The position numbers and the translations under genes were made by a program. Below, one piece after another: positions 1-12,599 of a stretch of 64,000 nt of DNA. Below the pieces are notes generated by a model. The model did not search any database, was not told where the DNA came from, and worked only from the letters and a program-made list of their open reading frames with translations. Position 1 is the stretch's first letter; every line of letters starts with the position of its first letter. This DNA comes from Psammoneis japonica (lineage: Eukaryota), in the NCBI GenBank assembly GCA_008632985.1, contig QPGO01000222.1, forward strand, positions 1-64,000. The letters are read 5' to 3'.

Positions 1-1408
1 TTGCACTGAGAAAGTGTGTGCCATCAAGGCCAAAAGACAACACTGCAATCAACATTTAGATTGGGTGTGTGGTGGTGTCATGTGCCAGTGTGCACTTTCT
101 GATGAAGAGCCAAGTTGAGAGAAAATGACAACCAAGTTGTGCTGCAAGCTGCAAGAGCTGTCACAAGTGGTGCAGCTCTGCATGACTGCAATTTTGCCTG
201 TGGTTTGTGCTTGAAACTTAATGTGAGAAACATGGGCAGGACACCTGTGGTGAGCTGCAAAAGCCTGAGTGCAGCATTTGTGGATGGCCTCCTGCATTGT
301 CAAGGCAAACAATGGCAGGAGCTGCAGCAAGAGTTTTCAAGCAGGTGCCATGTTTGCAGCAAACCAAGGAAAGCTGTGTGACATGTTGGCAGTGGAGAAG
401 ATGCAAAAGGCCTGTGTGAAGCACAACAACCTTCAATTCATGGCTGTGCCTGGCAACAATGGGAGTGTGCAGAGCAATGGCAAGTGTTTTGAAGAAAAAC
501 ATTTTGAACCAAATGCATGATGGCAGCAAGTGGGTGCTCTGCTGGCATGTCATGAGCTGCAGAAGCTGTCTGTGCAAGTGCAGCAGAACCAACCATGTCA
601 ACATTGAGCAACTGAAATGGCAGTCAGCTGATGGCCAACATTGAGAAGATTGAAAGAGCAGAAAATGACATCACACACACCCCAAGGGTGCTTGACACAC
701 ACAGAATCAGCACACCAAGACTCTGCAGAGCTGGCATGCTGCCTGGCAGTTTGGAAGGATGAGTGTGAGTGCATGTGCATGGGGTCTGCACCTGAGGCAC
801 AAAAATGCCAAGGCTGGCAAGAAGATGCTGAAGAAAGGTGGCGCAACACAGCTTCTCTCTTGCTTTGCAGCAGTGGCATCAGCTGACAATCATTGCCTCA
901 AAGAAGCTCCAAAGCAAAGTGCGCATCATGCCAGTCAGACATCTTTGCATCAACCAAAAGATGACAGTTTTCTGTGAACATTTTCACTTGGCAAAACTCC
1001 TCTTGCATTTCCCAAGAAGTGATGCCCATGTCTCACAACCAAAGCTGCCAAGAAGTGATGCCCACATTGCAAATTGTTTGCAAGCATGTGTTGCCCCACA
1101 ATCATGCTTTCAATCTGTCTGACAGACTGGCAACAAGGGTCACAAGAATGTTGGATGGAGGACAATCATTGGGGGGTGTGGTCATTGAGCTGGAGACAAT
1201 TTTGGCATGACTGTCAAGATGACAACTGGCTGAGGAATCAATGCATTGCACATGTGTGAGGGCCAGCAGACTGTGCACTGCATCTTGCACAAATGCATTT
1301 TCACATGATCAAGTGCCCACGTTGGTGATTTGTTTTCCCAGCTCTTCTTTGTTGCTGTTTTTGCGGCATGTGCTGATGCCGGATCCGGTGCATGTCTTCT
1401 GTGATGCT
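1..1408. repeat. TpA- and CpG-depleted degenerate tract (hypermutated repeat/TE DNA), ending at an N gap
   Basis: Almost no TA or CG by eye, with an excess of TG/CA. ORFs in all six frames are Cys/His/Gln/Trp-rich nonsense. Confidence 0.75.
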
Positions 1409-2135
1409 NNNNNNNNNNNNNNNNNNNNNNNNNNNNNNNNNNNNNNNNNNNNNNNNNNNNNNNNNNNNNNNNNNNNNNNNNNNNNNNNNNNNNNNNNNNN
1501 NNNNNNNNNNNNNNNNNNNNNNNNNNNNNNNNNNNNNNNNNNNNNNNNNNNNNNNNNNNNNNNNNNNNNNNNNNNNNNNNNNNNNNNNNNNNNNNNNNNN
1601 NNNNNNNNNNNNNNNNNNNNNNNNNNNNNNNNNNNNNNNNNNNNNNNNNNNNNNNNNNNNNNNNNNNNNNNNNNNNNNNNNNNNNNNNNNNNNNNNNNNN
1701 NNNNNNNNNNNNNNNNNNNNNNNNNNNNNNNNNNNNNNNNNNNNNNNNNNNNNNNNNNNNNNNNNNNNNNNNNNNNNNNNNNNNNNNNNNNNNNNNNNNN
1801 NNNNNNNNNNNNNNNNNNNNNNNNNNNNNNNNNNNNNNNNNNNNNNNNNNNNNNNNNNNNNNNNNNNNNNNNNNNNNNNNNNNNNNNNNNNNNNNNNNNN
1901 NNNNNNNNNNNNNNNNNNNNNNNNNNNNNNNNCATCGAGCGAAAATCGAAAATCGTAGCGGGACTCCGTCGGATTTTCTACGGGCTTCTCTGGTACAGTT
2001 TCTACGCATTCACGAATGGGCCAGCCGCAACAACGAGCGACCGTCGTCACGCACGCTCACCACACAATTTCAAGTTTTGCTTGCATTGAAACACTCTGAT
2101 ACCAATCTATCTTTATTGATACTACTACCCCCATT

Positions 2136-3981
2136 ATGATTGCATACATTGCACTACTCATTCAATTTATCAACCTCCTGCTACGCGTATTTCACGGTAA
2201 GCAGAACCACGGCCGAATCGTTGGCGGTTTCCTTTCGGAAGTGTGGGACAAATTTCGCTACACGATTCACGCTGTCGTGTCCTTTGTCGTTGCGATCTGG
2301 CAAGTTCTCCTCGCCTTGTATGCTGGATTATTCATACACTCCTCGTTGAAGTTGATTGGTGATAAGGTCGATTTCTTGTACTACCGGATTATGGAAATCG
2401 ACGACCTTACCACTCTTCTTTGGGATCGAGCGTGCGATGCTGTTGCGGCTGCTCTCGCGGTTGCTGTGGTTGTATGGACCATGTATTATGCCATATATGT
2501 TCCCTTGCGGTTTGTATCCCCTTGGCTGCTGTTGTTGAAGCATAAATTGTTTGGTCGCGGACGTGTCAGTTGGAAACCTGACCCGATAATGCTTCAACAC
2601 CATGGCGTTGGCGACGCTCCTCCAGTCCCAACCGGCGTGGCCGCTCCACGAAGTCTTCGGATACCTCGATACACCCGTGTCATTCCCCTCTTGAATGATC
2701 AGCAATTGGCTGCTGTGCTGCTTGAGTTTGACTGGAAGCAAGACCGATACATTCGTGAGTATCAAACGGATCCAAGGTACGATCACTGGCGTGGCTGGGT
2801 GCGGACTCCAGCAGCAATTGAAACGGCCAAGGTTGTTGCAGCGGTTGACGAACCCATTGCTGATGCTCCTCCAGTTCCTACCGGCGTGGCCGCTCCACGA
2901 TGTCTTCGGATCCCTCGATACACCCGTGTCATTCCTGTCCTGAATGATCAGCAATTGGTTGCTGCGCTGCTTGAGTTTGACTGGAAGCAAGACCGATACA
3001 TTCGTGAGCATCGTACGGATCAAGGTATGATCACTGGCGTGGCTGGGTGCGGACTCCAGCGGCCATGGAACCGGCCGAGGCTCTTGCTGATCCAGTAGAA
3101 AGGCATGTCAGGTGGAAACCCGACCGTGATGACTCAAGATTATCACGTTGGTGACATTCCTCCAGTCCCAACCCGTGTGCCTGCCAAACGCGTTCTTCGA
3201 CGTGCACGTTACACCCGTGTGATACCCGTATTGAATGATGAGCAGTTGGCTGTGGCAATGCTTGAATTTGATGCGGGTCAAGAAGAAAGTATTCATTACT
3301 GGGACTCTGATCTTTCGTGTGATCACTGGTGTGGCTGGGTGCGGACTCTAGCTGCCATTGGACCCGCTGATGCTACGGACAACAGCCCCATTGCTGACGA
3401 TGCCTCGGATATTTTGGATATGGAACCGGCTGAGGATACGGACAACAATCTAAATGCTGTGGAGGAAGCAGTTCCTGATGTTGTTGAAGAGCCTTGGGAA
3501 GCCTTGAACGAGCCTGCTGCGACTGTTGACGACGCACCAGACGATGCGGAGGTGGGCGTTACTGTTGCTGTAGTAGAGGAACCTGTCGTTGAAGCCGTGG
3601 ACCATCCTGCTGTGGCTATTGACGATGCTCCAGTCGATGCGGAGGTGGGCGTTCCCGTTGCTGACGTTGAGGAACCTGCTGTTGCTGACGCTACGGACGA
3701 TCCCGTGATTGCTGTACACGACGAGGAAGTTGTTCTTGGAGCTGTAGCCGAAGAGCCTGACGATACTTTCGACGTTCACGATATGGCTGCCGACAACACA
3801 TCCAGTGGCAGAGGAGGATGCTGTTCCTGATGCTGTACTTGTGAGAAACAAGGAAAAGCAAGCCCACACTGGCCAATTGAGACGCTCGCCTAGGCTCCGT
3901 CAAGCCGCTGGCAGTGTCTTTCTTTCGTCTAATACTGGGCGTGTCGTGCGTAGATCCGCAAGGATCATGAGTCGCCGCTAG
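2136..3981 (+). CDS. Hypothetical protein: hydrophobic N-terminus, three ~80-aa internal repeats, acidic region and C-terminal double RRSxR motif; 3 single-base frameshifts (pseudogene or assembly error)
   Basis: ORFs 2136-3098 and 3105-3830 plus a shifted tail are joined by 1-nt indels near 3018, 3125 and 3800. The repeat DAPPVPT..PRYTRVIP.LND.QL..LEFD..DHW.GWVRT occurs three times. The tail reads LRRSPRLRQAAGSVFLSSNTGRVVRRSARIMSRR-stop (TAG 3979-3981). Confidence 0.6.
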
Positions 3982-4769
3982 ACTCATTATCTGCTTCTTT
4001 TGTATCCTTGGAACTCGAGCATGCATGGGGGCATCTCTTGATTCCATTTCACGGTACAATACAACTTTTATGCGCATCAAAGACTCGCCATCATTGCACG
4101 AGTTTGTCGTGCAATTCATAAAACCATGGGGTGCACTCGTTATATCACGTTACATTCGAATGCACCCCCAATGTAAGTAAAGTTCGTGCCTCCTCTCCAT
4201 TTTCCATTGAGACTTGTTTTCTAACCTTGCTTTTTGTTTTCATTTCACAACATAGAAATACACCCTTTACCCGGTTCGACCACTCGACTTGAAACGATAC
4301 GACAGACAGTCTTTGTTGAAATACAAGGGTTCAAGTAACCGTGGGTCCCGCCCCGCAACTTACGTTTTTTCAAACAAAATGTGTACCAGGCATGATTGGT
4401 CTTTCAACATAAAGAATACTCTGTTCGTATCGGCTCGAGACCCGTGGAGGTCAATGGACCAAACCTATAACTTTGAATGTCGGATGCTGAGAAATACGAA
4501 TTAAAATAAGGTAGTAGTGACAAAACGGAATCGGACGCCAAGGATAGCGGCTCCATTGTTGTTACGTATTCCGTGGCGTCTAGTAATAATTAGTAGGGCC
4601 TGGGTTTAACTGTGTAGTGGTACTTTTATTTGGTATTCCCGTCCTGTGTAGTCAGATATTGTGTAAAGCTTGCGTACGAAGTATGTCTATAAGTTGCCAT
4701 GAAGAATTACTAGGTCTACACGAAGGAAATCAGACGTTTTTCCGCGTTCTCATAGGTCCAACACGGTAG

Positions 4770-6380
4770 CTACAAGCCTTTTCGAATCATGGCCAGAGCC
4801 ATGTCTTCTTGCACCTTGATGTCAATGCTGCCGCCAGTATCCTGGTCACCGCTACTTGATGACGACGACGACGATTCTGAATCGCTCTCTTCGTCGCTGC
4901 TGCTGCTGCTACTACTAGAAGTAGAAGACACCTCGTCGTCACTATGTCCACCAAGAGTCACCATCATGCCAGTATCCTGCTGCTGCTCATCCAAAGCACC
5001 CTTTGCTTTGATTCGTTTCTGTTTGTGCATTTCCCGTACTCGCCTCGTTTTCCTGTCGACGATCCTGCTTCATATTATCCTCCAACCGCTGACGCGCCTT
5101 GTCGACATAAGCATCCGCCAATGAGTCCCGTTCCTCATGCATAGTGTCCGTATTTTTCAAAGAAAGCATGGTAGGATCCTGTTCCTGCCCATCGTCATCA
5201 AAGACGATTCGAGTATTCTTGATATCTGAGCCTCCATCGACCTTGATTCTCGTGGCCTTTCGAGATTTGTTAACTTCATGAATGCCACCCTCGGTTGCGT
5301 CTACCGGTACATCCTCATGGCTCACTCGTGCCGTTGCTTTACAACCAACAGGTCGTCCTCTTCTTTTTCCTCCTTGTTTGTGCTTTCCAGCGGACGCTTC
5401 TTGTAGTGGAGCTTAGCAATCTTTTTCGCCAACTTTTCCGCCTTGGCTCGCTCTTTGAGCTTTTGAAGCTTGTGATCGACGTTTTTGGATTAGCGCACTT
5501 GCGTTCAATCCTTGATTTCAAAGCGTAGTCCCAGAGAAGGGGCAAACTCGTCCACGGTCAAGTCATTCACCTTGAAGATGTCCTTGTTTGGCATTATATG
5601 AATCGATCGTTGATAAGACTGAAATGCATTTTTGGCGAGCGATTGTGGCTTAGGATTCGACGCGACAAGCGAGGCTGCATGTTGGGTAAAAAGAACCGTC
5701 TTGGATGGGTTCATGGCCAGCTTTTTCAACGGCACGAGAGACTTGCTCAGCAATTCCAAGATGCCGGCTTATTCCTGTGGCGTGACACGCAACAACGACT
5801 TTCCACCACAATTGTACCGTGTTGTTCGTCCGACACGTTGAATATACATGTCTTGTTCTTTGGGCGCATCCACTTGAACCACCCAATCGACGCTTACAAA
5901 GTCTACCGGTAGCCCGCGCGCCACGACATCTGTGGCAATTAAGATGGCGTTTGGTCGATGTACAAAGTCAAAATAAATAGAGGTTCGTTTGGTTTGCACC
6001 AGCTTGCCATGCAACGCCATGACGGGAGTACCGGGATGAAGCACACAAAAGAGCTATCACGCAAAGCGTACTTGGGAACATGACGCCAAGAATATAATCG
6101 ATTTTTTTTTTTTGACTTGAGATGTGACTTGATAAAGGAATACACCATGTTGAGCTTGTGCTCGAGGAGAACCACAACGAAAGACTGAACCAGATTGGAT
6201 GGAGTAGATGTTGACTCCTTGTAGTGTACACCAAGGTATTTAGGCGTTTTCAACGACAAGGCAGCCAAATCAGAAACTCGTTTCGTCTGCGTTGCAGAAA
6301 ACAACAAAGTTTGTCGTTCGCTCGGCAGATTATACATCATGTTTCTCATCGCCCCGCTTCTTTTGGGGATAGCGGTGCTT
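4770..6380 (-). pseudogene. DBP4: DEAD-box RNA helicase DBP4/DDX10 pseudogene, copy 1 (most of the first RecA domain deleted)
   Basis: Motifs LLFSATQTKRVSDLAALSL, KLNMVYSFIKSHLKSK, LHGKLVQTKR, ATDVVARGL and YIQRVGRTTRY are spread over several frames. No GKT or DEAD motif is present. Confidence 0.85.
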
Positions 6381-6820
6381 ATAATAAGTTTCTAGAGAAA
6401 CAAGATGTGCTGACGAAAACATCATCCAGACAACGTACCGTCCATGTACATGATCATTCCGCTTCCCCCATGCCCATACCGTGGACGCAAAAGGGTCTCA
6501 ACGATTACTGGGATTGCGTTGCAGCAGATCCTGATTTCTTCGGCGTCGCGGGCCAGGACAACTCTCCATCTAATGGATTCTACCATCACAACTGGAAGGC
6601 TTTGAGAGATCCGTCTTACCTGTACGGATCAGATTCGTTATTTCAGTAATTTTACAAAGAGTTTGAGAGAAAAACATAGAAATGCATGGTGGGCACAAGG
6701 AGAAGCGCTCAAAGTAACAAATAATCTTTCGCTTTGCAAAACGACTGAGTGAAATGCATAGAGATGTTAGATATTATCATTTGCAAAAGCCAGACCCCAA
6801 CGATAAGATATACGTACTGA

Positions 6821-7015
6821 TCAAATTATAAACACAGACATTGCATGAGTTGCAATGCTTGGATCTTGGTGGTTTGCAAATGTTGCACGTTGAACAATAT
6901 CAGTATCCCGAAAGAAACAGAATAAGTGCCGGACCGCTAACGTCTTTTGGAAACACACCAACCACGAGCCGCGACGTCCAGAGCTCGTCTCAAACACTCC
7001 AAAGGTGCCCCACAC
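6821..7015 (-). pseudogene. Possible degenerate globin-like fragment
   Basis: HLFCFFRDTD...PSIATHAMSVF resembles the CD-corner/E-helix of hexacoordinate globins (LFSFLRDS...HAMSVF). The match is short and unsupported elsewhere. Confidence 0.2.
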
Positions 7016-7465
7016 ATCAGCGCCTTTTATCTATATTTATTATGAAACGAATGAGGCACAGGTAAAGGGATGAGAGGAGGGAAATAATAACAAACTCGAC
7101 GAAACATACCGGAACGACGACAACAGCAGCAGACTCACAGACTCACACACCACCCCGAAGGAGTCGAAACCGATTTTCTTGCGTGGAGTGGCACTTGTCA
7201 AAATCGATCCAACACGCAATGGTGCTAAAGATAAATGACGACAACATCACGAGTGACTCACCTTGTGAAAAACGGTGGCAACGACGGTGGACGCGACGCA
7301 AATTCGCCATGGTGGCTACGCAAATTCTGCGTGGAATTTTTAATTTTTCGTTTTCCTCTTCCGTACCACTGACAGACCTCCCGAATTTCTCCGGGCGCGC
7401 GGGCCGGCTAGCTGTTTCTCAAAATGTCTCCTTAAGTCACGTATACCAGTATATTTTAAACTTGA

Positions 7466-10250
7466 TGTTGTTTTTGGCGATCGGACATTTTGGAAACAGT
7501 TCTGTGGTATGATATTCTCGTATATTTCTACGATGAACCTGATGTCACAAAAAATCAAACCCACTCGTGTTTCAAACAAGATGATGATCTCTTCTTCACG
7601 CAAAAACCACACAATCTCACGATGCTTTCAAGCACATCCACAATGTCCAAACAAACAATGAGATACAACCTTTCTTCCGTACCGTTCCAATGGAGAGCAT
7701 GGGGCGTGCTCGCATGAGCGTCGGCGACAAACGCAGCAGGCTGTTGACCGAAGACGAGGTTTCCCGCGACATGAAGCTTTCGACAAGCGGACGTCCTTCG
7801 AAACGTCTCCAATGGCAGTCATCGGTTCAGTTGAGCGTCATTCCAAGCAAACACGATACCTCCAACGTGTACTTGCTGGACGAATCGACGGGCATCAATG
7901 CATCCTCAACAACATCCGAGCAGGAATCACGACAAGGCATTTCGAAACCATCTCGTCTGGAAGTTCAGCCGGAGCTTTCAGATTGGTCACCGATATACTT
8001 GGGTTCAGACGAGTCATCGCTACTCCGATGTATAATGAGAGCTCCCAGCACGATCACTTTGCAAGTGTTGTGCAACAGATTGCTGGCCAGTCTTCGAGCG
8101 AATGCTTGTTTGTCGATCCGAGTTGTGGTCACAAGAGGTGGTTTCGGCACACATGCAGTACGGAACTTGGTTCACGCAAACGTCGTCGGACTTCCTACAA
8201 GCAAGTTGGTGACAGCGTTCTTGTTGGTTCCATTCACAAGGAGAGCAGTGACAATGGAAACAACCATCTGGCATTCGGCTGGGGACGTCCAAAGCCTTGT
8301 TCATGTGTGAACGACACTTGCTTTCCTCGCACGCGTCGAGACCTCCACCCAAAGACTATCCGTGCCCCGAGGAAACGCCGTATGGATGAGCACTCCAAGC
8401 CTGACCATTCATTGTACGTTATGGAGAAGCTGTCTGTTCAAGAATCATCGAATGAATGTTTCATGGACACCTTCTCCGGCGACAAAAGGAAGTATCAGCG
8501 CAGAGCATTGGGTTCTCGGAAACGACGCCATTATCACACCGTGATCAAGATGATGTATGCGGTGGCATTATCGGTAGACTCAGCGCTAGTCCTGAGGAGA
8601 GCAGTCAGAGTGTAAGTCATTTTGTCGTTTGTATTATCGCTCCTTTTCGTTGACAATTGACTAAAACCTATTTCTACTTCTACTTTACTCTCTACAATCA
8701 CAGCTTGCACCTGATACATCGAGTCAACACGAGACATCTTCCATTGCATCTGTTGCGGCAGAGAATCCTCTCGATGCGATTCTTTTAGATGATGATCACG
8801 TCCAAGAGGTGACGGTTCCTGCAGCGGCGAGTACGGTGCAAGATGACCCTTCCGATTTCGATGCGTTTGGTCCAGATCATCACAATGACTTGCACGAAGT
8901 GTTGATTGGTGAACAACAATTGGAAGGGTCTCACTTGCCTGCTCCGGACAAGGATGGTCCCTTCCACAATATGGCATCAGCAATGGCGGTGCCTTCAGCG
9001 TGCGAGGTTCCGTCCGACGATGAGGCTTCCGTTCCAAATCAACACAATGGCTTGCCTGAAGTCTTGGGAGAAGATCGAGAAGAAGAAGGGCGTGTCGAAG
9101 TGCGGGAATCCCTCATTACGGATCACCGTGCTTCTGACAGCGACGATCCTATCCACGAGACGGCGTCAGCAGTGGTGGTACCTTCGGCACAAGAGATCCC
9201 TGCCGACGAAGGCAATGAGAACCTTCCAGACCAGCATGGTGGAGACGAAGTTGTTGGTGGAGACGGAACAGGCAGAAGGTCAACACGTTCAAGCACCTAC
9301 ATCCCTCATTACGGATTCAATCATTCCAAGGCGGTCTGCTCGGCTTAGAGCAGCTTTGGGAAGCGTGTATGTCCTCTCTGCCGATGGGAGAACTGTTCGA
9401 AGGTCCGCTAGAATCTTGAACCGGCGACATGACGCCGTTGGGTAGTTCGAGTGCATGCGGGAAAGAAGAAAAACACGGGAAGAGAGAAGAGCGGGAATTA
9501 GAGATAGCGAGAAAGGAGCTGGAGTTAGAGACAAGGAGTGGAGCATTTGTAGAAGAGAGAAAAAGAATCGGGGAAATGGCGAGGCGGGAAGAAGACTGGG
9601 TTCGGAAAGGACTGCAGGTAGTAACACTCACACTTGCCTTTGCTTGCTTTACAAGTTCCCGAATGGAAGAATTGAGTCTGGCAGCGGCTTTTCTGACCAT
9701 ACTCTGGATCCGTGTGTATGAATAAGCATGGTGCAGTTGCTTTTGTGATCGTATCGATCGGTAAGTTTCGGGTGAGCAGCGATATTCTATCCAACAGAAT
9801 CTTCGTGGCGCCTGCAGTTCGGCACATATAACGCACAGCACGTACCTGCATATTCAACATTTTGGATTCAGCTTTATGGCGATGGAAAGCTCAATGCCTG
9901 ATTCAATGATTCCTTCTTGGGACTGAAAAAGCAAGATTGGCCGTGGACAGTCAGTGTGTTGCTTGCACCGTGGACGGATCCAGACTTGTTTCTGCAATGG
10001 AGTACTTGATGATTTTAATACCTTTACTAGTCGGAAAGATTTCTGTGGGGTTTCAAAGAAACAAAAAAATAGTATGGTTGTGTTAGCAAATTCGGTAGGC
10101 GTACGGAGAGTTTTGAAGCCGCACGTTCAAATGCACATGCGTAAAGCTCATACCTTCTACAATCGCAACGTAGGCTTTGTTAACTCAGTGTGTAGTTCTT
10201 CAAGCATCGATACGATGTCCTTCGAGCATCGACTTTGTCTTGTAAGTATC
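7466..10250 (+). mobile_element. Dispersed gene-carrying repeat 'R', copy 1 (retains most TpA)
   Basis: Aligns by eye with 34867-37627 and 59456-62002. All three copies start at ATGT(T/A)GTTTTTGGCGATCGGACATTTTGG with unrelated upstream flanks. Confidence 0.8.
7622..9445 (+). CDS. Two-exon hypothetical Ser/acidic-rich protein with C-terminal double RRSAR motif (copy 1, several 1-nt frameshifts)
   Basis: Homologous to the intact copies at 35013 and 59611. Intron GTAAGT(8612)...CACAG(8703). Ends IPRRSARLRAALGSVYVLSADGRTVRRSARILNRR. Confidence 0.55.
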
Positions 10251-10759
10251 GTCCATCGCAATGCTTGCCGTTCGATCTTGTCGGACTCGATGAATCCCTT
10301 TTGAGACTGAAAAAGCACCATTGGCCGTGGACAGTACGGTACGGTGCAAACCTATTTTATTGAAAGGTCTTTTTTCTTTTTGGACTGACGGCGGTAGCAT
10401 CTTTTGTGTTATCAACCAGAAGCGCAAAAAACGCCAATGGTGACGCTCTTCTTCAAAAGTCGCTTCGAGAGGGGACGTCCTTGAGTGGATGCTTGTAGCT
10501 AATGTTCTTGAATCGTTTGCAGTTGCAATCGCCTACATGGTATGGAATGCTTGTACTCGTAGTTGTTTTCTGCTGTTTGTGTCTTTCCAGAGAGCATGCG
10601 CATGGACTATCTAGAGATGTCTCAGGACGCCCTCATGCGTCAATCTCAAGGGACGATAAAGCAGTTCAAGACGACGCCCTACCTGGTACTATTGAACGTT
10701 GCTTTAGAGGCGCTGCCACGAGTAATAGCGCCGTATATCAGAGTAGCTCGCTGCCTGTA

Positions 10760-12524
10760 TCCTTGTCATCACTACTTGATGATGATGAAGACGATCCTGA
10801 ATCGCTCTCTTCGTCGCTGCGGCTGCTGCTACTACTAGAAGATACCTCGTCATCACTATGTCCACCAAGTCACCATCATGCCAGTATCCTGCTGCTGCTC
10901 ATCCAATGCACCCTTTGCTTTGATTCGTTTCCGTTTGTGCATTTCCCATACTCGCTCCTTTTCCTGTTCACGATCCTGTTTCATGCCATCCTCCAACCGC
11001 TGACGCACCTTGTCGACATAGGATTGATTTGCATCCGCCAACGAGTCCCGTTCCTCATGCATAGTGTCGGTATTTTTCAAAGAAAGCTTGGTAGGATCCT
11101 GTTCCCGCCCTTCGTCATCAAAGACGATTCGTTTATTCTTGGCATCTAAGCCTCCCTCGACCTTGATTCTCTTTGCCTTTCGAGTTTTGGTAACCTCATG
11201 AATGCCACCCTCGGTGCGTCTACATCCTCCTGGCTCTACTCGTGCCGTTGCTTTAAAACCAACAATTCGTCCACTTCTTTCTCCTCCACGTTTGTACTTT
11301 CCAGCGGACGCTTCTTGTTGTCGAGTTCAGCAATCTTTTTCGTCAACTTTTCCGCCTTGATTTGCTCCTTAAGCTTTTGTAGCTTGTGATTGACGTTTTT
11401 TGGATTTGCGCACCTGCGTTCGATCCTTGATTATTTGTAGAAAGCGAAGGTTGGGAGTGAAGGGCAGTCCCAGAGAAGTGGCAAACTCGTCTACGGCCAA
11501 GTAATCCAACTTGAAGATATCCTTGTTTGGCGTTAAATGAATCGATCGTAGATAGGAATGAAACGCCTTTTTGGCGAGCGATTGTAGTTTAGGATTTGAC
11601 GCGACAAGCGAGGCTGCACGTTGGGTAACAAGAACCGTCTTGGTTGGGTTCATGGCCATCTTTTTCAACGGCACGCGAGACTTGCTCAGCAATTCCATTA
11701 TGCCGGCTTCTTCCTGTGGCGTGACACATATTAACGACTTTCCACCAAGATTGTACCGTGTCGTTCGTATCACACGATGGGGAGCACCCACTTGAACGAC
11801 CGAATCGACACTTGCAAAGTCCAACCCACGTGCCACAACGTCTGTCGCAAACAAGACGGCGTTGGGTCGATGGACAAAGTCAAAATAAATAGAGGTTCGT
11901 TTGGTTTGTACCAGCTTGCCGTGCAATGCCATGACGGGAATTCCGGGTAGGTTGAAGCGCACAAGAGAGCTGCCACGCAAAGCGTACTTGGGAACATGAC
12001 GCCAAGAATATAATCGATTTTGATTTGAGATGTGACTTGATAAAGGAATACACCATGTTGAGCTGGTGCTCGAGAGGAACCACAACAACAGACTGAGCCA
12101 GATTGGATGGAAAAGATGTTGATTCCTTATCATGTACAGTACACCAAGGTATTCGGGCTTTTTCAGCGACAACGCAGCCAAATCAGAAACTCGTTTCGTC
12201 TGCGTTGCAGAAAACAAACAAAGTTTGTCGTTCACTCGGGCCGCACCCAAAATGTCTCTTCCACATAGATCATGAGGGATACAAGCGTTTTGTATTTCAG
12301 TCATGGTGACAAAGTTAGCTCCATCCAATCCACGCAACGTTGCTTCTGACGAAGGGCAAAGCTCGAAACGAAACGTGCTGACCAAGCGTAGGAGTATCCT
12401 CGACCAGGAGCTTCTGCAGCAACCCGCTGTTGAAGACTCTCAATCTCCTGCTCTCATTTTACAACATGTCTCTCATCGCCCTGCTTCTTTTGGGGATAGC
12501 GGCGCTTGTACGGTACTTGGCCAT
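10760..12524 (-). pseudogene. DBP4: DEAD-box RNA helicase DBP4/DDX10 pseudogene, copy 2 (Q-motif kept, Walker A to DEAD deleted)
   Basis: MTEIQNACIP..GRDILGAAR is fused directly to LFSATQTKRVSDLAALSL, followed by LFATDVVARGLDF. Frameshifts and stops are present. ATG near 12524. Confidence 0.85.
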
Positions 12525-12599
12525 GGTGTTTGTTTCTGCGAACAGCTCAGCACCTATTAATAGTTGACTCCATCGACTAAAAATCTACAGCACAACTTC

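Noticed and set aside
1182..2089. Long ORFs spanning N runs (also 37476-38133 and 61652-63026)
   Set aside because: Artefacts of translating assembly gaps.
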